Below the pieces are notes generated by a model. The model saw only the letters and a list, made by a program, of their open reading frames with translations, searched no databases and had not been told where the DNA came from. The position numbers were made by a program, and so were the translations under genes. Shown here one piece after another: positions 17,002 to 27,106 of a stretch of 64,000 nt of DNA. Positions within the stretch are counted from its first letter, which is position 1. Every line of letters begins with the position of its first letter. Source of the stretch: a virus. The stretch lies in the IMG/VR virus record IMGVR_UViG_3300035698_004085, positions 111,003 through 175,002 of that record. One strand, 5' to 3'.

Positions 17002-17325
17002 ATGAAAAGAGTGAAGCTAAAAGTAATCCAGGGAGCACCAATTGTTAACAATGCCTATGCCTACAGATCCTCAGAAAACATTGTGGCGATTGAGATAGAC
17101 CTTACGAGTAAATACTGCATAGTAGAAGCTGTTGGATCAGGTGAAGGTAACCCCTGTATCCTAGTAGGTACCACTGACAGATCCTTACACCTGTCCGAAA
17201 CCAAAAACAGAGATGCTATGACAGAAATCAGCTTTCCAGAATATGGAAAAGACTGGTTAGTCTGGGCAGCTGATATTGGTAGATACACCCTAACCGCCTG
17301 CCTAGTAAAAATGAGGAAAAGATGA
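17002..17325 (+). CDS. hypothetical protein
   Basis: ORF with RBS. Confidence 0.65.
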   Translation: MKRVKLKVIQGAPIVNNAYAYRSSENIVAIEIDLTSKYCIVEAVGSGEGNPCILVGTTDRSLHLSETKNRDAMTEISFPEYGKDWLVWAADIGRYTLTACLVKMRKR

Positions 17326-17516
17326 TTGAAACCGATAAAGATCTGAGTAAGCAATATGAAGAGAAAATGGCTAAGCTAGAAGAGAGGCTAGAGAGTATTG
17401 AAAAAGCCTTCAAAAACTGCATAGCAGGCGCTTGTATCTCTGAAGAAGAAATGCTAAATTGCGACGGCAATTGCTATGAATGTTGGATCAGGAACATAAA
17501 CAAGGAACAACAATGA
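17322..17516 (+). CDS. small Cys-containing protein
   Basis: ATGA overlap; CDGNCYECW. Confidence 0.6.
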   Translation: MIETDKDLSKQYEEKMAKLEERLESIEKAFKNCIAGACISEEEMLNCDGNCYECWIRNINKEQQ

Positions 17517-17734
17517 CTAAGATATATCTAGATGATAAATGCATTGGGGAAGTAACCGACTTCAAGATTACCCATAAGGCTGACTCAGACGGCTCTGTAA
17601 AGACCTTAAAGCTGTCCAAGGGTAGTAACCTATCCCAAGGCTTCAAGAAGGTTGAGATAACCGTTAAGAAGCTCCTGACAGATGACATGAAAAAACTTGA
17701 AGACTGGGTTAAAGGAGTAATAGAAGATGATTAA
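17513..17734 (+). CDS. hypothetical protein
   Basis: ATGA overlap. Confidence 0.6.
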   Translation: MTKIYLDDKCIGEVTDFKITHKADSDGSVKTLKLSKGSNLSQGFKKVEITVKKLLTDDMKKLEDWVKGVIEDD

Positions 17735-17802
17735 AGAAGGGTATATTAGTAGGAAAGAACTGAAATGCTTTGAATTCACTATGAAGAAAATGGAGTTTTA
17801 AA

Positions 17803-18096
17803 ATGACCAAGAAGAAAACAGCTAAGAAGCCAGTAGTTAAGAAACCAGATGACCTAACTTTCTATTACTTCTATCCAGACAACTCTGATATTAGTGAAGT
17901 AACGGAATGTATCCTTGACGAGCGCTATTGGCTAGACACGTTCAAGGGTTCTCAAAAAGGATTTGAAGAACATATTAGAGATCAATGGGAAGACGAAGAA
18001 GAGTTTATTCTCATCTACTTCACAGATGCTCCCAAAGTTCTTAAAATGAAGAAAATTACCAAAACCACCATCGAGGATTATAATGGAAAAATTTAA
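17803..18096 (+). CDS. hypothetical protein
   Basis: ORF with RBS. Confidence 0.65.
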   Translation: MTKKKTAKKPVVKKPDDLTFYYFYPDNSDISEVTECILDERYWLDTFKGSQKGFEEHIRDQWEDEEEFILIYFTDAPKVLKMKKITKTTIEDYNGKI

Positions 18097-19264
18097 ATCA
18101 GGTGACAAATTCTATAATGAGCAAGGTAGAGTAGGGCTAGAAATCCTTAAGGTAGTACATATCTACAACACTACTCTTTGTAAGGGCATGTCTGAGTATT
18201 ACTATAAGCTCTCCGGTTATGGAATTGATAAAGGAAACGTTATAACGGTTCACACTACAGGAACCAAAAAAGAAATGCTAGAAGACGTATTCCAAAACAA
18301 CCTAACTAGAAATGAGCCAATTGACCCAGAAAACACTTATATCTACGACTCAGTAGGTAGAGAAGTTGGCTACATCAAAAGCTATACTATTAATATTCTA
18401 GTTAAAGAAGAAGCCTTCGAAACCTACAATGTGGAAGGTTTGCTAACACCTGAAGGAAAACAGATTAGACCATCAACTCCCTGGCTATTAAACGTAACTA
18501 TGAAACAACTACAAAGGGAGATGGCTAAGAACAAACTATACTTCAAAAAACCTGATGAACCAGAAGAAGTAATGTTTGGAGCAGGGCATGACTTCTATAA
18601 TAAGGAAGGAAAAGTAGTTGGTAGAATCTCAGGCGTAGCCTGCGTCAGTTCCTATCCCTATCCTTGTCGTGTCGTTTATTCAGTAGATTTTGACTTTGGT
18701 AATTCTGGCTCCAACCTAAAAGATGTTGACTATCTCACCGTTAGACATATGCTCAACGTTTATGATCTAACCCTTGAACCTCCTTCGAAGGAGTATGAGA
18801 CGTTGAACAGAGGTCAGACCTTCTCTGATAAGGAAGGAAATCTCAGAGGTATCATCACGGTAGATCTTCAACTCCCTGTTAAAATAGATTATTGGGAAGT
18901 TCTTAGTCTACTCAGCGCAAATGAGCTAACTATGGACCCGCCAACTTCGTCAACTAAAGCTGACGAAGAGTTTATCAGTGATTTGGTTTGGGAAACGGTA
19001 AGTGACTGGGCTAAGCCTGAACATGAAGAATCCTTAGTAGATTCACTTCCTCAATACATTGCAGATAAAATCACTGCCCAATCCTTAGACAAGATCCTTA
19101 GTGATTATAGCAAGGATGCAGACTTTATCCTCAACGCAGTAAGCCTTGTAGCAGACTCTCACGACCTTACTGATGACCAATATTCAACTGTTGTCAACGA
19201 AACAGTAACCATTCTTCAAAACCGGTCAATTGAACTTGACCATATGCTGAAGAAGGAGGACTAA
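18083..19264 (+). CDS. repeat-domain hypothetical protein (local paralog family)
   Basis: Recurrent G-x-x-F-Y/S-N/D-x-x-G-x-V-G modules. Confidence 0.75.
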   Translation: MEKFKSGDKFYNEQGRVGLEILKVVHIYNTTLCKGMSEYYYKLSGYGIDKGNVITVHTTGTKKEMLEDVFQNNLTRNEPIDPENTYIYDSVGREVGYIKSYTINILVKEEAFETYNVEGLLTPEGKQIRPSTPWLLNVTMKQLQREMAKNKLYFKKPDEPEEVMFGAGHDFYNKEGKVVGRISGVACVSSYPYPCRVVYSVDFDFGNSGSNLKDVDYLTVRHMLNVYDLTLEPPSKEYETLNRGQTFSDKEGNLRGIITVDLQLPVKIDYWEVLSLLSANELTMDPPTSSTKADEEFISDLVWETVSDWAKPEHEESLVDSLPQYIADKITAQSLDKILSDYSKDADFILNAVSLVADSHDLTDDQYSTVVNETVTILQNRSIELDHMLKKED

Positions 19265-19265
19265 A

Positions 19266-19733
19266 GTGGAAAAACTAAAAGTAAATACAGTAATACTTAA
19301 CTTAAAGAAGGAACCAGTAGCTAGAGTTACTATCACCCGTATGGAGGAAGCCTATTATTACCTTCAACTCCTAGACATCCAAGATCCTATATTTGGGGGA
19401 TTTGTAACCTATCAAAGCGGAGATGAGGTTATGATATTTTGTGACCATTGCTGTCTAGAGCACTACGTAGAATGCCACGGATATAAGCTAAGAGTACCTC
19501 AGACTCCTAAAACACGAGAAGATAAGATTGAAATAATCGTTAAAGAACTCTTGAAAGAAGCTATGAATGACTTTAAAGCGAAATACAGCTATACTGCTAC
19601 TGTAGAAGATAGCCTGCCTGCTAGAATTGATAGAATACTGGACGATAAGCTATTGGCAATTCCAGCAGGTTACAACTATACTATTATCAACGAGGTTCTA
19701 GTTAAACTTGAGAAGCTAACTGAGGACAACTAA
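19266..19733 (+). CDS. hypothetical protein (local paralog family)
   Basis: KVNTVIL..ARVT module. Confidence 0.65.
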   Translation: MEKLKVNTVILNLKKEPVARVTITRMEEAYYYLQLLDIQDPIFGGFVTYQSGDEVMIFCDHCCLEHYVECHGYKLRVPQTPKTREDKIEIIVKELLKEAMNDFKAKYSYTATVEDSLPARIDRILDDKLLAIPAGYNYTIINEVLVKLEKLTEDN

Positions 19734-19734
19734 A

Positions 19735-20466
19735 ATGACCCAATTCTTCACAGCTGATCCACATCTATTGCATAATAGCATTATAAAGCTCTGTAACAGA
19801 CCGTTCAAAAACACGGAGCATATGTGGAGACTCATCAAAAAGAACTGGAACAACACAGTAACCGATAATGATGAAGTCTGGGTAGCAGGTGACCTAACCC
19901 TAGAAACTCAGGAGCATAAGTCCCTACTCAAAAACATGATTAATTCCCTAAATGGTACTAAACACCTTATTCTAGGGAATCATGACCTTATGCTGCCAAG
20001 AGACTATCAAGAAATTGGCTTCACCTCAATCCACTACCCTGCTGTAAGGCTTTCTGAAGGGCTTTACGTAGGACATGACCCAACCCTTGCCAATGCCTTC
20101 GAAGACGGAGACACGCTAGTCTGTGGACATCAACACGGGGCTTTATTCAAGTCTCAATGGTCTAACAAGGGAGTATTCGTCATAGATGTTGGAGTTGACG
20201 TTAGAAACTTCACCCCAATTTCACTAAAAGAGGTTAAACAGCTTTTTATCACCGGAATGGAGAAACAGATGACTGAAGAGAAAACACCAATGTTCGCCGC
20301 CAACACAGTTTTGCACGCTTTTCTGCTCGCAAGACTAAAAGGCTATAATAACCAATCCTTCAACGAAATCGCTGAAGATGTGCTAAATCACGATGACTTC
20401 AACAACCTAAACAAAAAAGACGTTATTAAGCTGGCTAACCAACTAGTAATCAAAACACTAAGGTAA
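19735..20466 (+). CDS. calcineurin-like metallophosphoesterase
   Basis: ADPH, GD, LGNHD, GHQH, IDVGVD. Confidence 0.9.
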   Translation: MTQFFTADPHLLHNSIIKLCNRPFKNTEHMWRLIKKNWNNTVTDNDEVWVAGDLTLETQEHKSLLKNMINSLNGTKHLILGNHDLMLPRDYQEIGFTSIHYPAVRLSEGLYVGHDPTLANAFEDGDTLVCGHQHGALFKSQWSNKGVFVIDVGVDVRNFTPISLKEVKQLFITGMEKQMTEEKTPMFAANTVLHAFLLARLKGYNNQSFNEIAEDVLNHDDFNNLNKKDVIKLANQLVIKTLR

Positions 20467-20472
20467 GACAAA

Positions 20473-20676
20473 ATGGCTAGAGTAATATTAGAAGGAATAG
20501 ACAACTATAGCGAAAACAACACAAATATAGAGTGTGAACTCTCTGAAGACTACATATACATGACTTTTGATGGGACATCTGATCCTGCATCTGTAACCAA
20601 AGAAGAATTCAGCGTTAAAATACCCCTAAAAGACTTAGAATTTATGGTCAGAGCCTTCACCAAGGAACAGATTTAA
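20473..20676 (+). CDS. hypothetical protein
   Basis: ORF in operon. Confidence 0.6.
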   Translation: MARVILEGIDNYSENNTNIECELSEDYIYMTFDGTSDPASVTKEEFSVKIPLKDLEFMVRAFTKEQI

Positions 20677-20678
20677 AA

Positions 20679-20945
20679 ATGACAAAATTTAAAATTGGTA
20701 CTCAAATACTCGATAGACATTACAACATCATAGCTGAAATTAAAGGGATAACCCTCTGTGAGTGCGTACTAATATACTCAGTAAAAGTCTTCCACTATGA
20801 AAATGCTGGCTCTAGATATAGAGCTTTCTTCCCACTAACCCTATTCGATACAGACGGAATCTACCAAGGATCTGAAAAAGATATTGAAGGAATCTTAAAA
20901 GAAAACCCTGAGTTTAAACTGGCTTATCCAGTAGAAAAGAGCTAA
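20679..20945 (+). CDS. hypothetical protein (local paralog family)
   Basis: KIGTQILD..IAEI module. Confidence 0.65.
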   Translation: MTKFKIGTQILDRHYNIIAEIKGITLCECVLIYSVKVFHYENAGSRYRAFFPLTLFDTDGIYQGSEKDIEGILKENPEFKLAYPVEKS

Positions 20946-20946
20946 A

Positions 20947-21696
20947 ATGGACATTAAAATAGGAACATCAATACTCAGCACTCAAGGATACTTTGGTAAA
21001 ATAGCTGAAGTCACCTTCATGGCTAGAAAAGTACCAAGTATAGGAATGCGCGGAACACTAGGGCAAAAACTATATTACCTCAAACTAGCTAAAGAACCTC
21101 TAGACCAGGGCTTTAGCCCATTTACTAAATACGGCGTTATCATAGAATCAACGGGAGCCTTTATCTACAGAATTAACGAATCAGAACTTCTGGAAGTCAT
21201 TAAGGCTTATGACTTCACCCTAACTGAACCAAAAGAAAAGGATAACAAAATGGACAACATTAAAGTAGGAACAATCCTACTAGACGAAAGCCTAGGTAAA
21301 CTAGCTGAAGTCACCTATCTAGGAACAATACAAATAAAAGACGGAGGAAAAGAGACAGAAGGATATTATGAACTTAAACTAAGTGAAGCAGCTAGGATGT
21401 TAAGCACATTCAAAGGAGTAAGACATGAAATCAATGGAACATTTGCCTATAACGTTAAAGAATCTGTCCTTAACTACTACATCAACCTACATAAACTAAA
21501 AATCTCTAACCCTATTCCTATTAAAGAAAAACAAGAAAGAGCCTTAAACAAAATCCAAAACCAAATCGATAACCTCTCAGAACTCTCCAAAGCGCTCAAC
21601 ACAGCCTGCCAGGAATCCTTAAGCGGAACCATCAACCTCTACACTAACAACCTTCAAAAAGCACTCAGAGAACTCCAAGACCTAAAGGAGAACTAA
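20947..21696 (+). CDS. tandem-module hypothetical protein (internal start 21250)
   Basis: Two K(I/V)GT(S/I)L..GK(I/L)AEVT modules. Confidence 0.7.
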   Translation: MDIKIGTSILSTQGYFGKIAEVTFMARKVPSIGMRGTLGQKLYYLKLAKEPLDQGFSPFTKYGVIIESTGAFIYRINESELLEVIKAYDFTLTEPKEKDNKMDNIKVGTILLDESLGKLAEVTYLGTIQIKDGGKETEGYYELKLSEAARMLSTFKGVRHEINGTFAYNVKESVLNYYINLHKLKISNPIPIKEKQERALNKIQNQIDNLSELSKALNTACQESLSGTINLYTNNLQKALRELQDLKEN

Positions 21697-21697
21697 T

Positions 21698-22216
21698 ATG
21701 ATTTGTCCCTGCTGTAAAATGTCTTTATGGACCAAAAACCCCTTCATAGTAGTCAACAACTACACATATTGTAAATACTGCGCCCCTAAAAAGAAAAGGA
21801 TAACTAAAATGAACTATGAACTCAAAGTAGGAACAATCCTAAGCGACGAAAACCTAGGTAAAATAGCCAAAATTACCTATAAAGGAGGGAAACGCTGCTA
21901 TCACCTTGAACTACTACACCCAGACTTAGGAACCTTCGCCTACGACGTAAGCGAATCTACCCTTAAAGATATTATCCAGGAATATGATCTAATTACACTA
22001 AACGCTGAAAACAACTACTCACTCACAATCCCAATCTCCATCTCCATCAACCTCGAACAACAAACCCTATTCAAAGACCTACAAAACCAAGTATATGCCC
22101 TTGAATACCTCTCAGATGCACTCAGAACCTCCTGCAACGAACCCCTAGCCCTAAACCTACTCAACAAATCTAGAACCCTTCAAAACACCCTCAACGAACT
22201 CATTAAGGTAAGCTAA
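21698..22216 (+). CDS. Zn-ribbon fused to KVGTIL module
   Basis: MICPCCK..YCKYC; internal RBS+ATG21809. Confidence 0.65.
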   Translation: MICPCCKMSLWTKNPFIVVNNYTYCKYCAPKKKRITKMNYELKVGTILSDENLGKIAKITYKGGKRCYHLELLHPDLGTFAYDVSESTLKDIIQEYDLITLNAENNYSLTIPISISINLEQQTLFKDLQNQVYALEYLSDALRTSCNEPLALNLLNKSRTLQNTLNELIKVS

Positions 22217-22217
22217 A

Positions 22218-22391
22218 ATGAACCATAAACAAAAACCTAAAGATAATGAGCTTTACCCAAACAGTAAAGACAAAACTCACTGTAACTGTTGGTGGAACGG
22301 TAACAAATGCTGCATCTGTAACTCTCCAGCCATGTCAGAAGAACAAATGGTTGAACAAGGCATGATCGAAACCAAAGGAGAACTAATATGA
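22218..22391 (+). CDS. small Cys-rich protein
   Basis: HCNCWWNGNKCCIC; ATGA overlap with next gene. Confidence 0.6.
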   Translation: MNHKQKPKDNELYPNSKDKTHCNCWWNGNKCCICNSPAMSEEQMVEQGMIETKGELI

Positions 22392-22870
22392 TTTGTCCCT
22401 GCTGTAAAAGCTCTGGGTGGAACAAAAACTTCTTTATAGTCGTAAACGGCTACACCTATTGTAAAAACTGTGTCGTCCCTAAAACGAAAGAACAAAGGAC
22501 TATTAAAATGAACACACTACAAACAGAACTAAACAACAATGAAAATAAAGTAATTAACCCTAACCCTCCTAAACTAACCGTCACCTTCATCTGGGATAAT
22601 AACAATAACCTTAAAGTAACATGTAAAGTAGCATGCTGGGATAAACTCTCAGACTGGGTTTCTGAACCCTTCTACTTCTCTCAAAAAGATATTGAACAAC
22701 ACATTAAACTAGGTTTCGAATCCTACAAAAAAAGCCTAGTAACAGCAATGATAAACCCAGAAGAAGATAAAGAAGTAGCTATAATTCAACAAGACGCCAG
22801 AGACAAAACTTTCAACTCAGAACTAATAAACTATATAATAAACCATAATCTAGAAGACAAAAAGGATTAA
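22388..22870 (+). CDS. Zn-ribbon fused hypothetical protein
   Basis: MICPCCK..YCKNC; internal RBS+ATG22508. Confidence 0.65.
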   Translation: MICPCCKSSGWNKNFFIVVNGYTYCKNCVVPKTKEQRTIKMNTLQTELNNNENKVINPNPPKLTVTFIWDNNNNLKVTCKVACWDKLSDWVSEPFYFSQKDIEQHIKLGFESYKKSLVTAMINPEEDKEVAIIQQDARDKTFNSELINYIINHNLEDKKD

Positions 22871-22875
22871 AGACA

Positions 22876-23073
22876 ATGAATGAGAACACTAAAGATGATT
22901 ATCTAGAACGCCTAAGAAACATCGAAGCAAAAGCAAATGACCTACCTTACGCAACCTTCAAAGTTAATAACGTTAAACAATATAGGCACATCATAAACAG
23001 AATAAACGAAAAATTAACACTAGCCACAGACAACAACATAGAACTAATAAGCTATCTAGAGGCTATAAACTAA
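22876..23073 (+). CDS. hypothetical protein
   Basis: ORF with RBS. Confidence 0.6.
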   Translation: MNENTKDDYLERLRNIEAKANDLPYATFKVNNVKQYRHIINRINEKLTLATDNNIELISYLEAIN

Positions 23074-24113
23074 AAAGGATTAAAACCAAACCAAAAGAAC
23101 CCCTAAAGAATCCCAAGAACATATAGACAGTCTCTCCTATACATAGTAGCCTAGTAACCCTTCATCCTCCTTAAATACATAATTCTAGACAGTATATACA
23201 ATCACTAATTAGTATTGTCTAAAAACTACCAACTTCTTCCCTTAATCAACTCTTTATTAGCTATTATATAAGATTTCTCAATCATTTCATAAGATTGTTT
23301 AAGACTGACTCAACATTATTCAACAGATCTTAAACATAATTTATAGAGAATAACACTTTTAAACAATCTTTAATAATCTTTAAAATGTATAACTATACAT
23401 TCTTAAACTGCATATTTATACACAGTTCTTTAACTAATATTTATACATTCCCCAACATTTCTGCATACTTATGCAAGCGACCCTCGAAGCGCGTATCACT
23501 TATGCATTAAAACCTCAAGCTCGTCGATTAATCCTTATACATTAATCAACAATTGGCTAGATTATGCCTAATCCTAAGCCTAGGCAAGCATTAGCCAGGG
23601 TTTATCCAGAGCTTACCCAGAGCTTATCCATTAATCCTCCATTAACTCTCCAGAGATTGGCTAATCTCTCCTGGAATTCCCCAGTTATTAGCTAATCTCC
23701 TTGCCAATAGTTCGGCAATAATCTTTAAAACCTTTATAAACCAAATATAGTTCTGTTCAGAGCTTAACGAGGCAGACGAATATCGGGGGTAAGACTTTTA
23801 CCAGTGCTTTTAACCCTAATTATATTCTGTTTGGCTATTATATTCACTAATAACCTGCTGAATACTTGTGATGTATTAATATGCACAAGACTTCAGCAAT
23901 CTTTTAGCAACCCTGCCTAATATTATGGAAGCTATAACTCTAATCCCCAAATATTATATATGTTTTAATTAATATGCACTATTTTCTAAGGGATTATTAG
24001 TTTAATGCCGAACTATTGGCAAGAGCTGGCTATAATTCTGTATAGTTATTAGCCAGTGCTTAAAGACTGGGGAGTTGTTAGTGATTGTTGGGTGATTGTT
24101 GTATAGTTGTTGG

Positions 24114-24275
24114 TTAATCTCTGTATAAGTATTCAATAGTCGGCGAGCTTAAGGTTTTATGCAGAAAGATTGGCGAGTAATTATGCATTCGCCAATCTTT
24201 AGTGGATTAGTGTATAAGTATTCTGCTTAATCTCTGTATAAGTATTCAATAGTCGGCGAGCTTAAGGTTTTATGC
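24114..24275 (+). repeat. ~50-bp direct repeat x2
   Basis: TTAATCTCTGTATAAGTATTCAATAGTCGGCGAGCTTAAGGTTTTATGCA at ~24114 and ~24227. Confidence 0.9.
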
Positions 24276-24350
24276 AAAGATTATCCAGGATTGTATAAGT
24301 ATTCTGCTTAATCTCTGCATAAGTATGCAGAATCCTTGCAGAAGTTTTAA

Positions 24351-24380
24351 AAATCCCTGGAAATCCCTGGAAATCCCTGG
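24351..24380 (+). repeat. 10-bp tandem repeat x3
   Basis: AAATCCCTGG x3. Confidence 0.9.
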
Positions 24381-24678
24381 AGAATGGCTGGAAATCCTTA
24401 GAGAATGGCTGATTAATGCATATATATGCTGTATATGTATGCATAGGGGGGTCGTAAGGTATCCGATGTATAGGAGATTATGGGACCCTGATTTTACCTC
24501 TTTTTAAAACAGAAGGGTTTTTAAAACCAAGCTCTGTTAATAAAGCACTTTTTAAAATCTCCTTGCACAATGGTTCGCCAAGTATAATTCTGGCGAGAGG
24601 TTGTGCAGATTTTAAAAACACTGTGCAAGATTTTAAAAATCTACCTTAAGAGGTTTTAAAAATCGGTTCTATAATCTT

Positions 24679-24710
24679 CTTAAATCCCCCTACGCTGTGT
24701 GTAGTATATT
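24679..24710 (+). promoter_or_regulatory. putative late (N20-class) promoter
   Basis: CTTAAA-N20-TATATT. Confidence 0.6.
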
Positions 24711-24739
24711 AGGGGTAGGTTAATAACAGGAGAAAAATT

Positions 24740-24949
24740 ATGAAACGAGTAGTTATAAGCGAATCTAGTTATAAGAGAATTGCCCAGGAGCTTGGTATGG
24801 AGTTAGATGACGAGCCTAGAGAGATTGATGATGAGATGGCTTCAGCCTTAAAAACCTTTCTGGAGGCTAATGGGATTATAAACCCAACAGCTGAGCAAAT
24901 GGCAGACGTTTATATGCTTTTTAAAGACTATGCAGCAAACGCTCAGTAA
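24740..24949 (+). CDS. leader-motif acidic protein
   Basis: VISESSYKRIAQ leader. Confidence 0.7.
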   Translation: MKRVVISESSYKRIAQELGMELDDEPREIDDEMASALKTFLEANGIINPTAEQMADVYMLFKDYAANAQ

Positions 24950-25131
24950 CAGCTCCCCCCAACCTTCGGACAACGCTTCGTCAATACCTATATAAATACC
25001 CTTACAAGTATTTCGTTACCTGAAAGACCCCCCTTGTTCAAAAGAGGGGTAGTTGTATAGAGAATAAGGTACCATATGTAGGGTTATAGTATAGCTGTAA
25101 AGTAAGGATTGACTCGTTATGTGGTTAATGC

Positions 25132-25163
25132 TTTAAAATTTACTATTTGAGTGGGAGTATAAT
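25132..25163 (+). promoter_or_regulatory. putative late (N20-class) promoter
   Basis: TTTAAA-N20-TATAAT. Confidence 0.65.
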
Positions 25164-25185
25164 GTGTGGTAGGAGAAAATGAATT

Positions 25186-25731
25186 ATGATAAAAATATCG
25201 AAGAGTGGTTATCGAAGGCTTTCTCAATCGTATAACCAGGATTTAGTCAACAAGGTAACTAATGGTGCGGCAGAAGGTTGGTACTTTCATGCTTCAGACC
25301 AGCCGTTGTTAGGTATAGATAAGGGGTATGTTACGTTGTTTGTGGAGGCTAATGACTATGATGACTCTACTCATTACGGGAATGTGTATAATTTTGTGTA
25401 TCCTAATAGCGTTATAGAGGCTACTAGTTTGGTTGAAGAGGTTAGAGGTGCTTTGATTAGCGACCGCGATGCTGGAGGTTTGAGTCCAGATTTAGATAGT
25501 ACGTTTGATGGTGGTATGTTAGATCAGTTAGAAGAAGAGTTTAACCCTGACGATATTGTAGATACGGCTGGTTTATGGGATAGTCCAGAATTTGTCAGTT
25601 GGTTTTATGACAAGTTTGGAAATACGTTTGTTAAGACTTGGGATGGTGGAGTTTGTCCAGTCATCTCAGAGTTTAACGGTACTATAATTTCTATGACTGA
25701 GGAGGAGTTTGAGTCTCTTTCTGATTATTAA
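25186..25731 (+). CDS. leader-motif acidic protein, possibly ADP-ribosyltransferase-like fold
   Basis: ISKSGYRRLSQ leader; YFH..LF..HYG..NPDDIVDTAGLWD..TWDGGV; fold call tentative. Confidence 0.6.
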   Translation: MIKISKSGYRRLSQSYNQDLVNKVTNGAAEGWYFHASDQPLLGIDKGYVTLFVEANDYDDSTHYGNVYNFVYPNSVIEATSLVEEVRGALISDRDAGGLSPDLDSTFDGGMLDQLEEEFNPDDIVDTAGLWDSPEFVSWFYDKFGNTFVKTWDGGVCPVISEFNGTIISMTEEEFESLSDY

Positions 25732-25773
25732 TTTTACAGGCGTGTTGTAACTATAATGGCTAACGAAGTTGTT

Positions 25774-26106
25774 TTAGTTTTTGTCTAGAACGTTAAATAC
25801 TTCAGTTGCTACCACAAACCTACCTCTTTTTGTTTCCTCTGAGCAGCAGGAACATTCCTGATCGTGGTTTAGTTCTGTGGCTACAACATCCAAGACCTGC
25901 TCCAGCCTCTTTTCGGCTGCTTCGGCGCGGGCTTTCATTTTGCAATAGGGTGTGCCACCATCATCACCTACCAAACCGTCGTTGCCCTCTGTACAGATAC
26001 CTGCTGCAAGAGCGAAGCACTCCCTCTCCAGCTCCCCGATCCTTGCGTTGGCTGTAGATAGGTTGGATAGTGCTTTACATAGAGCATAGTCCGGTTTAAT
26101 TTCCAT
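25774..26106 (-). CDS. hypothetical coiled-coil protein
   Basis: GGAGG RBS and TTGACA-N17-TAAGAT on minus strand. Confidence 0.65.
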   Translation of the reverse strand: MEIKPDYALCKALSNLSTANARIGELERECFALAAGICTEGNDGLVGDDGGTPYCKMKARAEAAEKRLEQVLDVVATELNHDQECSCCSEETKRGRFVVATEVFNVLDKN

Positions 26107-26209
26107 CTGATTCCTCCCTCTCTCCTCTCACGGTCTAAAGACCGTGAAGTTCTTAATCATTATTAGGAATCTTAACATTTCTTTTTAGTTCTGTCAAGTC
26201 TTTTTTAGA

Positions 26210-26392
26210 TTAGCCTAGAACCCAGTTACAATGAGGGCATGGTTCATTTTGCAGAGAGGTGTCCTCATTAAGTTTTTTACCACATTGACTACACGTAACG
26301 AGAGGTTCCATATCATTAACACATACTGCGCATTCTTGACAGTCCTTTTTGTTACTGATTGACCAAGCGCATCCTTTGAATTGGTTTTCCAT
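26210..26392 (-). CDS. Zn-ribbon protein
   Basis: CQEC, CSQCG, CPHC; own minus-strand promoter. Confidence 0.6.
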   Translation of the reverse strand: MENQFKGCAWSISNKKDCQECAVCVNDMEPLVTCSQCGKKLNEDTSLQNEPCPHCNWVLG

Positions 26393-26682
26393 TGTTTTCC
26401 TTTTGTTGTGCTGTTTTTCAGCTTCTGTTAGCAGACTAGCATTGTGTGGGAAGCATGTCAAGTCTTTTCTACTTTTTATTCTTGACGCATCTTTCCAGAG
26501 ATGCTAAGATAGCTTTTGCATGCAAGAGGAACGGCTAACGAAGTTGTTTAGACATTTGTTTAGCGGTTTTAGCTATGTTTAGACGTTCGTGTTAATTTTC
26601 AAAAGAGTTGAATAATTGCTTGACATGGTTTGACCAGTGTGTTAGGCTATGTTTCTGAGGTTTTTAAGAAAGGATTTATAGG

Positions 26683-26889
26683 ATGACTAAGGTAAAGATG
26701 TTTCAATCTCATTTTTTAGGAGATCTGGAGGCGGAGATAAATGTTTATATTGAGAAGATGCACAAAAAAGGGTACGAGGTAGTAAGTCAAACCGTACAGT
26801 CTATTTCAGGTATAGACTTGGCAGTATGCGCTTCTCCTGTACAACAAGTTCTTATTACGGTTTGGGCGTCAAAGAAGAAGGATTTATAA
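26683..26889 (+). CDS. small hypothetical protein (Cse60/DUF2758-like)
   Basis: VKMF...LEAEIN pattern; upstream TTGACA-N17-TAGGCT. Confidence 0.55.
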   Translation: MTKVKMFQSHFLGDLEAEINVYIEKMHKKGYEVVSQTVQSISGIDLAVCASPVQQVLITVWASKKKDL

Positions 26890-26890
26890 A

Positions 26891-27106
26891 ATGGAGGACA
26901 AAGAATACATTAGTTATCTAGAGAAGGAGCTTGAAAATTATATTGGGTTGGCAAAGGGCGCTGAGGTTAAAGTTCATAAGTTAGAAAAGCGTATTAAAGA
27001 GATTCTAGCTTGGTATGCTAAGTGGGGTTGTTTAGATTCTGGTCAAGCGATTTGGGCACCTCCAGGGGAGGAGTTTGAGTCTACCCTAACCAGGAGCTAT
27101 GAGTAA
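26891..27106 (+). CDS. hypothetical protein
   Basis: ORF in operon. Confidence 0.6.
   Translation: MEDKEYISYLEKELENYIGLAKGAEVKVHKLEKRIKEILAWYAKWGCLDSGQAIWAPPGEEFESTLTRSYE

Larger units (their letters stand above)
23074..24678. other. putative replication origin (degenerate palindrome, iterons, skew switch)
   Basis: 1.6 kb non-coding; 18-bp perfect IR 23700-23717/24006-24023; TTATACA motifs left, TGTATAA right; C-rich to G-rich switch. Confidence 0.65.

Noticed and set aside
24114-24410. Possible CRISPR mini-array
   Set aside because: Only two ~50-bp copies plus degenerate sub-repeats; no constant repeat with unique spacers and no cas genes. Better explained as origin iterons.
24262-24507. 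Two 60-aa ORFs in the origin region
   Set aside because: Translations of repeat DNA with no RBS.
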